A program made the position numbers and the translations under genes. DNA of 63,544 nt, filler included, from Platydemus manokwari (Eukaryota): NCBI GenBank assembly GCA_037951405.1. It is 4 parts of 4 records of this genome, joined end to end, with 100 filler letters (N's around TTAATTAATTAA, not from the genome) between each part and the next. Parts side by side here need not be neighbours in the genome. Positions count along the whole stretch, not along the records: positions 44,810 to 63,544 come from JBBMOY010266670.1; 3 more parts are not named here. One strand, 5' to 3'. The first letter of the stretch is position 1. Each line of letters opens with the position of its first letter. Below are positions 50,526 through 63,544 of the stretch, piece by piece. The notes beneath the pieces were generated by a model. It was not told where the DNA came from. It made no database searches and saw only the letters and a list, made by a program, of their open reading frames with translations.

Positions 50526-53449
50526 ATTCACCAAACAATATTTTGTGTTCTCGATACTTTATTGATTTGTTTGGCATTCTAGGTCATTATGTAGTGATTT
50601 AATCAACACATGAGTTTGTTTTCATGGTAATGATTAATTGAAGCCATTCGCACATTAAAGTGTCCTTAAAATTCACAACAAAATAAATTTGTACAAACGC
50701 AGTTTTTAAACACATATTCGGCTTCATACATCAAAATTAGGTGAACTAGTGACAGTTTCTCCCTTCAATCTTTACTTTATTGAATTTAGATTTTAAAAAA
50801 GATCAATATCGACATTGTACTGGTTAATCGTAACTTCATATCTTAAACAAAATTTCAGCTTATTCAAAGATAAAATTTTCAAAAAAATGTTAAATTTATT
50901 CCAAATCGTTTAACACGTTAAAATTGAATAATTCCTTTCATTTATCTCTTTGTCCTCTACTTTCTTAATTTTCTTAAAAAATTTTTCAAATTTCTTGAGC
51001 TGGTCTTAAAATTTAGAATCCTCCTAAGGTTCCGATTGACTTTTTGCAGCGGATTTTCTCTTTTTCTCGAATTTTTAAAAGTACTTTTGATTATTAAACC
51101 AAATGCTTTGTGATCTAAATAAAATTTCATTCGCCATGATATCTGCAAATACTCATAATAACTTGTAAATAATAATTACAATAAAGATATAAATATCATT
51201 TAAGCCATGTGTATAAAAATTATTACATATTTAGTTATTGATTGAGACTGAACAAGTGTGTAAAACAGTCGATATTTGAAAATTAAGATCTGAGTTCCAT
51301 TGACAATGAAGACATATTTCTATTCGAGTGGCAGGAATACATGGTGGCTTGTAAGATTTAATGGGTTTTGATCAGTCTCAAAATGATTTATATATTTCAT
51401 ATATTCCTGTAATGAAAAGTTTAAGAGATTTGATTGTATTTTATAATGATGAACTGAAGAGTTAAGGTTTCACGTGTATATTAGATGCCATAGGTTTTGT
51501 TAAAATCTTACTTAAAATCTAATTTTAATGAAGATTTGCCGATATTTATTTTCCAATAATAAATACAAACGCCATCTGATGAGCAATTCTTCAATTTTAT
51601 AATCGAGAGAATTATTATTTATATTTAAATTTTCAATGTGCTTCAAGGAACTTTTAGTTATAAGAGAACCCACCAACATACTAGGATGTAGACTGTTTTA
51701 GTGAATGAAAAAGATTAAGCCAGCAGGTAAACAGACTAAACAAGTATTTAAAACGAGTCAGATTTGGGAAGTAACAGTTGGTCTTTCTTGACTAATAATT
51801 TATCTTTGTCCATTTTAACGCGATTATTCTAATGACCAATATTTTATAGTTGTTGCTTCTTTTTTAATTTTTTTATTTCGGTTATTGACAACATTGATTA
51901 TTGATTTTGCTATTGTGAGTGCGTGGATCTTGTTTTTTGACGATTTGATTTCACGTGTAATAATATGATTGATTAACGATAAGCATTTGTATCAAATACG
52001 ACAAATTTATAAAAAGGAATTGAATCTCGAGGGCAACTGCCAGTCTTTTACAGTTGGGGAACAGTGTATTGATCGTAATTCTTTAAATGATTATTTTCAC
52101 GACTTGTCTTTTATGGTAAATAATCGTAAATTTTTGTCGTTGTTATTATTTTTCGAGTGTTAGTAAAATTGTGATTTGACATTTCAAATTTGAAACTTTG
52201 ATATGCGATTTTTGAGTCCTGAACGTTGACGATCTTACTGTATTTTGCAATAATGACTTCGAGAATTCCGCGTTACTAAATATTCTAGCATATATTTTGC
52301 AAGCAAGCGTGTATACTTGAAGCCAAAAAAAGTTTTAACCTTATAAGTTGAAATTTTTGTCATTTTTTTGTTCAATTTTCGAACTGATATAAAATTAAAT
52401 ATTTAAGTGCTTCAATTTACCAACTATACGGTGGCTATCTACTTCTGATTATAATTAAAGCTTGTCATTTTAAATACCACACAAATGTAAATTTTCAGTG
52501 AACAATTTATAATTTTAATTATAAATTTTAATTCAAGAAATACTGATAGAACACAATTTTCGTGTTTTTCTTCTTAGCTATTTAATAATTCATAAAATGT
52601 CGAATTCAAGTAATTTTTAAATTATATATTTTTGATTTTTATTCGATGATTTTAATTAGAAAATTCGTTGGTGAGAATTTGAAAATTATCTTTTAAATTT
52701 ATCTTCTAACAAAATTCAAAATAATCCCAGTTTATTTAAATAATTCAATTACGATGAAAAATCTTCTCTCGTTGAAGTGGGAGTTGTTCATTGTGAATCC
52801 AAATACGTGATTTATACATATCTATATTTTATTGTAACCTTCTGTTCCATCAATTTTCTATTGACAATGTATGTTTGTTCTTGACAGATGTATGCATTAT
52901 ATCTCTTCAGTTTTAACATTTTATTTGCTTAGAATTTATTTGCATGATGAATTATCTGATAAAAATCAACACAAGTAAAATACCGACATTTTTCTTTCAA
53001 TCCTTTTTACCAAATAATACTTTTAAGATTGTTTTCTTTTTAGTTATTTATATAAATTTATTTATTGAATATTTTATCGATTCAACAATTTTTATAGCCT
53101 ATATATGGTAATAAGAATTTTAATGTTTTCTAAAATTGAATATCTAATAAAAGTCATTGAAATAAAATGGTAATTATACGATACGGAAGATTACTAATTT
53201 CAATATTTTTGCTTAATAATAATATGTATTTATATATAGAATTGAAATTTGATTTTTATTCTAAAATTCGTTAATTAATAAAAATCAAATTTCAAATCGT
53301 GCGATTCATAAGTCTCCGCCACTAAAACTAAAATAAAGTAAGAACGAATAACGGTAAATAATAACCTCAATCTAAGAGAATAATTTTTCTACGAAAATTG
53401 ACATTGTTTTTCTTGACTATCTAAGAACAGAATTCAACCCTCCAGTCGG

Positions 53450-53615
53450 GAACATCTTTACCCTATTCTTGATCAAAAGAATATTTGAAGGGTTTTATAT
53501 TTTCTTCCTTGAGATATCTGTGAATAGTAGTTCGTGTAGTTTCTCGTTGATTTGTGCCACCATTCTCTTGTACAAAATTGACCACCTTTTCCTTCATGAT
53601 TTCATCAGACGACCT
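53450..53615 (-). mobile_element. Possible Tc1/mariner-like transposase N-terminal (HTH) relic
   Basis: The minus frame DEIMKEKVVNFVQENGGTNQRETTRTTIHRYLKEENIKPFKYSFDQE resembles the Tc1/mariner HTH region (TV.R.L.....P.K). Resemblance only. Confidence 0.3.
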
Positions 53616-54499
53616 TGCTCATCGTAACCCAGTGGATTAATTTGAACAAGAATCATTGTGGGCTAAGTATTGATGAAAATAATTTCCTTGCCTCATTGAA
53701 GTTTTGTTCAAATGAATACCTTGATAATTAATTATTTTCATCGTTTAATAATAAATAATAAATTGAAAGCTAAATTTAGTGACTGCACTTCGTTGATATT
53801 TTTGTTAACTTGATGTTTATTAGCAAATTAAATGATTATTTGGCCAATGTTTTTCTTTCTTCAATTCAAGTAACTGATTTCTTTGATTCTCAATACCAGA
53901 GTTTTAAGACGATCATAATCACCACTTTGAATTTTTATTTTCACAGATTTTTTTCATAAAATGAATTAAATAGAACTATTTTTGCAGTCCAATCCTAGTT
54001 AGTTCTGGTGAAAAATTCCTTTTTTCCCATTGTGAGCTTTAATTAAAATAATTAAAAATAACAACTTTTAAAACATTTTAAAATTTAATATTTTTATATA
54101 AAATGTTTTAAAATTTTATAAGTAAAATTTTTAAAATAAATATTTATATATATAACCCTGATCAAGATAAATATTAAATGATGAAGCTTTCCAAAATTTG
54201 TTTGAATAATGTTTATTTGTTTTATTAAATAATTTTGAGAAAATCCTAGTCATGAGTTCTTTTGATGAAACACCAGTAACAAGTGAAGTAGCGGCCACTA
54301 ACAAATACCATAGCATGCGTGTACCGTTGCACTCAATTTTACTCCACTGTCTACCATCTGCTTTCTGATACATCTGTGTGTGCTTCTTCTTCATCCTACC
54401 GTTCTTCCTCTTTACTTCTATTCTATCTACAGCTGATATTTAGATATATGTCCTATTGATTCAACTACACTGACGAGAAAGGCCCAGATGGTTGATTCA

Positions 54500-54750
54500 A
54501 GTTTTTTTGTCTTCCATGAAGATTGAACTAACACAATCACCTATTTCACTTTCGTTATGAATGCACAGTATTCTCCTCGGACTATTGTAATTAGGCTTCC
54601 TGGCTAAATGACATTCTCTGAACAGATGCCCTTTTTTTTCACATATAAAACATTTATTCAGCAGTGGACATTCATCCTGCAGGTGTCCAAGCTTACCACA
54701 GAAAAAGCAAGCTCCTGATTTTGATATATTTGTTAGTTCGAATGTTTGGA
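54500..54750 (-). mobile_element. gag/ORF1-like relic with two CCHC zinc knuckles
   Basis: In-frame CFFCGKLGHLQDEC (54709-54668) and CFICEKKGHLFREC (54652-54611), both perfect CX2CX4HX4C. Not in the ORF track. Downstream frames contain stops. Confidence 0.65.
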
Positions 54751-56023
54751 ATTGTCAATTATTGATTAAGTGTTGTAAATGTTTTGATTTGGTTTGTGCT
54801 ATAATGTAAGTCATATAATTATAAATGAACAGTAAGACCTATGAATTGACCCAAGAGTTTGCTATTAATGACAATAGCAAAGGTTATGAACGACTTTAAG
54901 AACATAAATACAAAGTATTTTTTCAATAGCCAAGCGAAAGTAATGAGCAAAGAACGTTCCGAGTGCGTTGCTTAAACTAGATCATTTTTATGCTTTGCTT
55001 GATTTTATCGAGCTCTTAACCTTTTTGTATTATACAAAGCCTAATTAATTATCTCCACAATATTTAAATAAATCTTTGTTTATTGTGTTTTTATTATTTT
55101 GTTTTAATTTATTTTTGCTATTTTCCAATCTCTTAATTTATATATCTGGTTTATAGATTCTCAAATCAAACTTGGAGCCAATAAATATATCACCATATTT
55201 CCTGATCGATCTACTCAACACATTGTTATATTATGAGTTGATTGTTTCCTACTTCCCTGGAACGACAACAAATTTAAGATATTTGAAATTATTTTTTAAC
55301 CAACCATCATCTTTAAAATTGCACCCAGAATATCATCAATTATAATTAAGAGGATCTTGTGGCTTTTTTGGTAAAGCTCCTGCTAATATCCCACTCAGAT
55401 GATTTCTTGTTATTGCATTAACTAGATTTAGTTTGGTTCTCAGTCACATTTTTCAAAAATCAAGTTAATTTTAATATCGGTTAATTTAAACAAGCAACTT
55501 TAATATATATAATTTTATGAAATAAAGATTCTGCAGAAAAATATCGAATGAAAAGTAAAATGTAATTAATTTTTCAGTGGCATTCGCTGCGAATTAAGAT
55601 AATTAAAATAATGACATTTGTTTTCCTCGAAATAATTGACATTTATTTCCTGAACTTGAAACGACTACTTAATTATTATTATTATTTATTTAAAAAAACT
55701 AGTAGAATTATACATAATGAAAATTCTGAATCGTGATCTGATTTCACAAAATTAATGTGTAATGATTATGATGGTTTGTTGATCGAAACTCTGACAATTC
55801 CGTGAACCAGTCCATCGACAGATCGACTTAGTAGTCATTTCGTCAAATCATTATCGAATAGACCAACGCAACTCATCATTCGATAATTAGCTCAATACCT
55901 TTCTCAAATAGCTTTCTTCCCTTAAATTGACTTTCTTGGCTTGACAATGGACAGAAGAATTCAGCAGCTTCCAGTAAATGTCGGACATAAAATTAACACT
56001 GAACGGAATACAAAGACTCTTTA

Positions 56024-56768
56024 AATGAATCAATGTATCTGGTTAGCAATACAGTCAAGCTGGTCAATGGTTTCTTGAAAAATGAGATTCGTATTAAGTT
56101 TGAATGGGTTTCCATAGTAACTGTTACATTATTATTGTAGTGATTAAGTTAACGTAGATAATTTGTAATTGGTGTATGATTTTTGTTGGAATTAATAATG
56201 AATTGTCTTTGATGGACAAATGATGATTTTATTCCTGAATATTGATTAATATTATTCGACTTTTTTCAATGATTTTTAGCTACTTACTACATATTTCGAA
56301 TTTATAGCATTTCATAAAGAAATAGTTGATTTACATCTGTTAGCTAATCTAAATATAATCCAATGACAGTTGTTGCAGATGTTTGTTTTATTTTTATGGA
56401 TATTTTTGATGGTTGATTTTATATTCACATTTTTACTAAGCCATTTTATATATTGTTGTGGTTCAAAGTAATCAAAGGTTGCAATCTGTCTTCCACTGAA
56501 AAGTAGTGCTCAAAAGCGCTAAAATACGGTTAATATATCAATATAAAGCAGAATGAATCAATGTATCTGGTTCGCAAAACAGACAAGCTGGTCAATGGTT
56601 CCTTGAAAAATGAGATTCGTAATAAGTTTGAATGGGTTTCCATAGTAACTGTTCCATTATTATTGTAGCGATTAAGTTAACTTGGATAATTTGTTATTGG
56701 TGTATGATTTTTGTTGGAATTAATAATGAATTGTCTTTATGGGCAAAGTGAGGATTTTATTCCTGAAT
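56024..56768 (-). mobile_element. Degraded LINE fragment with about 215-bp direct duplication (56024-56240 / 56552-56768)
   Basis: Duplicated block AATGAATCAATGTATCTGG...TTTTATTCCTGAAT. The intervening 56362-56545 is homologous to 63232-63400, an APE-like relic. Confidence 0.55.
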
Positions 56769-57790
56769 TTGTTTTTATCAGTGATGGTTTTTATTATTTA
56801 AGTGGGATATTTTAATCGAGTTTCTTTCCGAAATTAATTCACATGAATCATGAAATTATACATTCATATTAAATTATATGTTAGTTCATGTTTTTTTTAA
56901 TTCTTTTAAATCTCTCTCTTTCTATCTCTCTCTGTATATGTTGAGTGAGATGAAATTCTCCAAAAAGAAAACGAAATCACACATTGGAACCCTTGTATTG
57001 ACACTTTGAACATTTGCATGCCTACACAGCCATACAGACATAGCAATTAGCCAATTATAGTGAAGTTAGATGGTGAACTACAATTGGAAAAAGGACCATA
57101 GCTACATAACAACACGCACATAGAGTGGGACCAATTCCAAGCATGTAAAAACTTAAAAACCCAACAAGAACGTGGAAAAACAAATATCAAATCAAAATAT
57201 GATACAACATGACACAAAAAAATACAAAGAGATAGCGAATATAAAAATCGATGTAAAGATGACCAACTGCCAATTGACGGCTATGTTTGGGTTGAGATTT
57301 TGTAATTCGTGTATTGGTCAATACACTGAGAATTATCTTTACCTTTGAATCGGAGTCAAATCTTATTTATTGTTTATAATTACTCAACCACCCTTTTGTA
57401 TCGTTTGAACACAATATATATATATATATATTTATCAAAAAAACACAAAATGATTATATATTAAATACTTGTATGCATTGAACAACAATTTTCCTTGTCT
57501 TTCAACTTCAATTTTCATATAAGATTCAAAATTTGATTGGTTGTTCACCTCAAACCCCGACATTACTTGGAAGGCCTTGGAAAAATGTGTCCAATATCGG
57601 TGACCGTTTCAGGCTGTCAAGTTTGTGACTATATGTGATGATTCTTATATCGGTGGAAAACTCCAAATAGGTCAGGGCCTACAAATGCTTGTAATGCACC
57701 AAATCAGGACCAGCAGTAGCAAGATGGTAAATATTGAAGTGAGTATTTCTATCTAATATTAATTTTCATGGACTGAAATGAACATAAATC

Positions 57791-57875
57791 GATATAAAAT
57801 AGATGTAAAATAGATATAAAATAGATATAAAATAGATATAAAATAGATATAAAATAGATATAAAATAGATATAAA
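57791..57875. repeat. 11-bp minisatellite (AAATAGATATA)n, about 7.5 copies
   Basis: Directly visible tandem array. Confidence 0.9.
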
Positions 57876-58227
57876 AAAACAAATCAAAGAACTTATATTA
57901 GATTTATTTGATGATTTTCAGTTTTTGTAAATGTTTATTTTTTCTGATTAAACATATCGATTATCACATTTTTTCACTTAATCATCAATGTTGATTTCAC
58001 AGCAATTTATATAGAAACCGTAGAAAATTTTGAAGGTGGATTTATTCATCACCATACGCGTTGCTAAGCGCTATCTTTATTTTTCATTAAAATTAATGAT
58101 CATCTGCGCTTTTATGCATTTAGTAGATATTTCATATTATTTACTTTCTCTATTTGAAATGTTTTCCCATAATCTTTTATTTGTTTATCTTCTGAATATC
58201 ACTTGAAAGAATATTGACTTTCTATAT

Positions 58228-59050
58228 CAGTGGTTTTCAACCTTTTTGATGGAGATGAACCTCACGGAAACATTCCTCTGGCTCGAGTTACCACTGTGCA
58301 ATAATTTAATTTTTTATGCAGAAAACAGCATTTAATTTTAAAATGAGATAAAAGTATTTCTGTTCAGAGTATTGTACATGTTTGAATTGACCAAATTTAT
58401 TCTTATCAAAAACTCAGTGGAAAATTTGAGCCTCGTGTTTCTTTGACAACTCTTTATGATTCGGTTGTGTTTTTGACAGACACACACGAAGTTCATCTTC
58501 TGCAGACCGGAATTGTGCTCGTTTGATGATTGTCAGAGCTGAAAATCCAAATTCACACAAATATGAGGTTAAAAATTGCATAAGAAGTCGTAGTGATTTC
58601 TGGGCAATTGCAGGATATTCCTTTTCAACCAGCAACCAAAATACATTCAGGTCAAGCTCAAAATGCTTCAATTTTAATGTCTTGCCATTCAGAACAGTAT
58701 CAAGTTCTTCTTCTGTTAATGTGAACTGTTCTTTAGATGGCTGAAATTCTACGAATGGGTTTCTAATCCATTCATACTGGTGAACAGATATCAATGGAAA
58801 ATACTTGTCAAGATTTATTAACAAAGTATCCAAACTGTTTAAAATCAGTAGTCTAATTTCTTGACAATTCCTTTTAAAAACACTTGGAAACATTCCCAAA
58901 TTTCCTGAAACTATGTGTTTCTTCAATATTGTCAATTTCCTTTGAAAAGCATTTATTTTATCAGCAGAAACCAGGTATTCTCGTTCCTGCCTGCATGCTA
59001 TTGTTTAAGAGGTTTATTTCATGAAAGATATCAGCGAGATATTCCAATAT
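58228..59050 (-). mobile_element. hAT Buster/Charlie-type DNA transposon 3' fragment with transposase C-terminal dimerization domain
   Basis: ORF 58414-58935 contains WIRNPF, FWLLVEKEYPAIAQKSLRLLMQFLTSYLCEFGFSAL and ends HEAQIFH, typical of Buster/ZBED5-like transposases. The terminus CAGTGGTTTTCAACCTTTT is at 58228, preceded by TTCTATAT (central TA). The upstream transposase is frameshifted and truncated. Confidence 0.85.
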
Positions 59051-59829
59051 TATGTTATAAGAATTGAAAGGGGTGTTTATAATAGTTCTTTATCATAATT
59101 CACTCGTAACTATGACAACAGTAGTTTAAAAGCATTTCAAATGTATAAAGGTTATTAGATAGAAGTTTAGAAAAGATATCCTGAAATAAAAATTTAAAAT
59201 TGTCGATTCTACATATAAGACTAAATTATAAAATAACTTCATAAATGACAATTCACCATTACGAAAGTAGGCCAAATGACTCTTTCTTAACTTAAGCCAG
59301 TTATTTCAGTTATTATAGTCACCATGACTCCAGGCTCCTGTATTAATTTAAGATTTAAATATAGGTATAATAATGTTATTAATGGTTGAATTAGGTGATC
59401 GATTGTGTTCAAGATATATTATGAAGTGTGAACCATGATTACCGAAGTAATAATTTGTCTCAAACTGTTTCCTAAATAGTAATTACATTTCAGTAATTCA
59501 AATACTTTATGGAATTCTAAAAAAAACAAATTACCAGATACAATGGTAAACAATCGATTATGTTAAATTCAGCTAGTGCGAAAGAAATGTTGGCAGAATT
59601 TAAGAATTGTGAAACCTTTAATTTCATATGTTTATAGTTTACTTCTGGAACACAAATGTTTTACTGACGAATATATTATAGCTGTTGAATTATGATAATC
59701 AGATTTCTGTCTGGCTTGAAATGTTAATTTCAAAATGATTACTGTTTCTTTTATATCTGGCCAGTAATGTGTTGTGTTAACAACAACAATTTGAATCTAT
59801 AAATCTGTATTAACTAAAATAAAACACAC

Positions 59830-60330
59830 AAAGTCTCAATAATAGCAACAACAAATCTTTACACAATTCAAAAAGAAAATCACTCAAGACGGAATCAGCG
59901 CCTGAAAGTCAAAACCAGAATGAAGAGTAATCAAAAAGACCGATTACTGAAATCACATAAGCTAATCACTGAAGTTACCAACCAAAAAAGGTTAGCAGAA
60001 TTTCATGGAAATCAACCTCCTTTATAGGCCCATCGGATGTGTCCGCTGATGTCACGGATCTTCGTTTCCAATTCTCTGGATCTGTTTGTAGATCGATTTA
60101 TTTGAGATTTTCTTTATAACTCTCATGCTATCGGCGAATTTTTGGGCTTGCTGCCCTTTGCTGGTATGTGCATGTTGATTCTTAGCTTCTAAATGAATTA
60201 ACAATAGAATGTATCTGATTGGTTAAGCCCAAGTGTGTTTATCGGGTTTGCGTCTATTAATCCTTTTTAGGGTTTTTCCTTGGTTCTTGTGACACTTTGG
60301 ATTTATTTGTGATTTACCCACAAATGTACT
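59830..60330 (+). repeat. Interspersed LTR-like repeat family, copy 2
   Basis: Homologous to 50250-50525 and inverted relative to 61440-61950. Confidence 0.6.
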
Positions 60331-61296
60331 AGTTAGAGGCCTAGGATAATTACTTAATTCAAAACAAGGATTTATGAATATTGAGTATCACTTGTATCAC
60401 CTCTTGCTGTAGAATCAAATATTTTTTCAAAATCACTTCCCAATGATTTCATGTTTTGTATTCGAATGTACTTCGTACTGGTTTTGTATTGATAGTTTTA
60501 TTTAAATTTGACAGCACTTTCACTGCCAATTTTACACTGAAAAATATGTAGAAAACTGATTAATAATATTGTTTAATCATATTATCTCCATCGTTTGAGC
60601 TTTTTACCTTAAATTAACAAAATAAACAAAGAAAGCCAATCCATTTTCGAAGAAATAAAATATTATCAGTTAATAATAACAGATAACTGGATAAAATATT
60701 AGATTGTCAACCCAAAAAGTAATTAAATGTAATAGACCTTATTTTTCCTTCCCATCCCACTAATCGATAATTAAATCAAATAAATTTTCAATTGCTGGAA
60801 GTGCTCAAAAACTTAGATTAATAACATCAAACATGCCTTTTTGTATATAATTCTTTGTTTTAGTTATAATCGATTTTTTTGTGTTACATCTGTCAATAAA
60901 TTCTTCTACCATATATTATCAAATTCTCTTTCTACCCATCTCATCGGTAGTTTATATTGATCGTACAAGTTCAAATGAGTTGTCTGATATCAAAGCATAT
61001 ATTGTGTAGTACTTTTACGTTCGGTTGGTTTTTATTGGATATTCGTGTTCATAATTCACTGTTTGCTGAGGAATTGACTCACATCAAAACAGAGCCGAAA
61101 TATAAATTAATAAAACAATAAATAATTCAAGCAAAAACTATAACAAGTCGAAATAAATCGATTATTTATGCGTAAGAAGATTATGATTTTTTTCTAATAT
61201 CAACCATTTTAATAACTTTGACAGTGCTCTTCATATTTACAATATGCATACAACGAATCTTGTATGAGACAAAATCACAATGTCCATTCCAGTAAT

Positions 61297-61351
61297 ATAT
61301 TATTATTATTATTATTATCATTAGTGTTATTATTATTATTATTATTATTAT
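61297..61351. repeat. (ATT)n microsatellite, interrupted
   Basis: Directly visible. Confidence 0.85.
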
Positions 61352-61439
61352 ATCTTTTGAAAAAATTCTAGAATAGACCTCGAAGACAATAATAACTGCA
61401 AGGGATTTCTGTACTTCAAAATTTAAAATAAAGTAAAAC

Positions 61440-61950
61440 GAATGACGTATTGGGCTAGATCACAAATCAACCAAAAGGCTTACAGGAACCAAGGAAATAA
61501 CTCAAAAATAGTCGAGGTACATAGATTCGATAAGCACATGTGGCGTCAGCCAATCAGATTCGTTTTAATATTAATCCATATTTAAAAGCTAAGAATCGAC
61601 AGGCATACACCTAAAAATTGCAGCAAACTCAAATATCTACCAATAGCAAAAGAAATACGAGGAAAATTTCAATCAGACCGATAAACTAACTAATTAAGCA
61701 AATTGAAGACGAAGACCTTTGACATCAAGCAGACACACAAAATAGGTCTATAAAAGAGGTTGAGTTCCATGAGTAGCGGTAAATCTTGTTTGGTCGGAAC
61801 TTGTGAATTAATCTTAACTTACCATGATTTTCAGTAACCGGTTTTTTTCGTTGTTTTCTATTCTGTCTTTGACTTTTCGATGTTGATCCCATCTTGTGTG
61901 ATAGACTATCGTTGATTTGAGAAGAGGTTTAACTGCCATTGTTATTGTTA
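61440..61950 (-). repeat. Interspersed LTR-like repeat family, copy 3 (inverted)
   Basis: Reverse-complement homology to copy 2. Contains GCCAATCAG (CCAAT-like) and TATAAAAG (TATA-like) on the plus strand. Confidence 0.6.
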
Positions 61951-62589
61951 AAAAATTTGTTAAAAAATATGCTAGAAATAATTTTTATAAATTTTACAAG
62001 AAGTTGAAAATAATCAAAAATTTGTTTTCAATGGATGTGTTATAAATATATATTATTTGTGCTAACTGAAATCATGTCTTTTGAATTAAACATGAAAAAT
62101 GAAGAAGTTTAAGCAATTAACAGTTGTCATTGAGATTGTAACACTATGGATTATATAATTTTCAGGATTAAATTATTGATTATAACACCCAACGGGTATA
62201 AAGTTGATAAAGTTCCATTGCGGATAATCTATTGAGTCAACCTATTGGTTTTGATATTCTATAATTTTAAAATAAACCAAGAGACAATCTTTTAAATTTG
62301 AACTTCGATGTGTTGTGTTTCACAAACTCCAGTAAAATATGACGAAAGTGCTCTTTGTCGAAGACTAGATATTATATCTTTTTAAATTCAAAGATACTGA
62401 TTCGGAATCTGGTTATCTACTATTTTATGGACTATTGTTTTTATAATTTAACTTGAACTAGTAGTTGTATTGAATCACCATTCTATTGTAGCTCATAATG
62501 TTGTGTAAACAATGTATTTTCTATATAATTCATCGCAATTTATATTTTTAAATATTATTACTAATATCTGCTACCATTCACCAAAGTTT

Positions 62590-63544
62590 TGTACCTCAAG
62601 ACACCCACAAAATTATATCAAAACTATTAAGCATTCGACAATAGCAATTTTGTAGTATTTTTGTGAAAAGATAAGGGGTTGTATGGATTATAAAGAGATT
62701 TTGTTTTATCCTTAGGCCAACAATGTTTATAGATTTGTAATAATATGCTGGCACATTGCCATAAAGATCCGACAGATGAAATCGAATCGTTTCTCTAAAC
62801 TTAAAGGTCAACTTTATTCGATGAACAGAAACATTTTATTACAGTGTTCGTGTAAATAAATTACCCTATCAAAATGACGCTACCAAATCAGATTCACAAA
62901 TATACTCGAACTGTATCGATAAAAGAGTAAAAAGAGAACAAGTTAAAGACCAGTGTTCCAGTTTATTGATTCTGATTAATTTTTTAACAATATTAAATGT
63001 AATATTGCGAATATTATTTAATTGGTCGATCGTCCTTTATAATCCAGTAGTTTCGCTTTACAAATGTGCGCTTATCAAGTTTGATTCTTCTAAGATGCTC
63101 TAAAACAGGAATTTCATTAAATTAATCTTCAAGCAACTTTCTAGTAAAATTTTGCCGCAGTCCTTACTGATTAACATCGCTATCTGTACTCTTCGCAGTC
63201 GCCAAATTACATGTTTAGAAGGAAATGATTTCAATGACAATTGTTGCAACTGTTTATTTTATTTTAAAAGATATTTTCGATGGTTGATTTTATTTTCACA
63301 TTTTTAGTTAGCCATTTTATATATTGTTGGAGTTCAAAATAATCAAAGGTTGCAATATGTCTACCACTTAAAGTACTACTTTATAAATCAATATGAACCA
63401 GCAACATGAACCTTGGATTTCAACTGGCAGTTGCGCATCTATCAGGTGTACCGGTATGAAATGACCATTAAGATACAAATATGTTGGTAGGGAAGATTTG
63501 TTGTGAACAAGCCTTAATTTTTATTCTGTTTGGTTGGAATGACA
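62590..63544 (-). mobile_element. Degraded LINE (APE endonuclease followed by start of RT)
   Basis: Minus-strand FDYFELQQYIKWLTKNVKIKSTIENIF*NKN resembles the APE LxQxIxxPT...TIDxIFxN segment. ORF 62596-62811 (NLFIIHTTPYLFTKILQNCYCRMLNSF) resembles RT NYRPISLLPxFSKILE...RL..F. Confidence 0.4.

Noticed and set aside
57610-57740. CDDSYIG resembling a GIY-YIG (Penelope) motif, or a lone exon
   Set aside because: Too short, with no supporting upstream GIY or downstream R...H motif.
57791-57875. Tandem array as CRISPR-like
   Set aside because: No spacers and a eukaryotic context; this is a simple minisatellite.
58523-58744. Plus-strand ORF of 73 aa
   Set aside because: Antisense shadow of the hAT transposase relic.

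Overview
Very AT-rich eukaryotic (invertebrate) scaffold with spliceosomal GT-AG introns, many only 43-56 nt long. This is compatible with a triclad flatworm, but the organism is inferred, not shown. The first gap-free contig (1-18581) holds a three-gene cluster derived from DDX43 (KH domain + DEAD-box helicase), reconstructed here by hand. (A) A full-length KH+helicase gene, minus strand, 13736-10780, 5 exons, about 835 aa, with an RGG tail. (B) A helicase-only paralog lacking the KH domain, about 400 bp downstream on the same strand, 10384-2663, 6 exons, about 689 aa, with an acidic tail. (C) A KH-only paralog head-to-head on the plus strand, 17077-17665, 3 exons, about 160 aa, with a GC-AG intron and a strong excess of synonymous changes. 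B and C correspond to non-overlapping parts of A, so the locus looks like an intact DDX43 flanked by a 'split' DDX43; this is the main candidate novel system. Further on are a divergent CoREST/RCOR-like ELM2-SANT-SANT gene (minus, 31256-24640, 6 exons) and a restriction-like-endonuclease non-LTR retrotransposon fragment. The rest is gene-poor: a zinc-finger-like pseudogene, hAT/piggyBac/pogo-type MITEs, a Buster-type hAT transposase relic, degraded LINEs, a gag-like zinc-knuckle relic, an LTR-like repeat family and microsatellites. Three assembly gaps carry an artificial TTAATTAATTAA linker.
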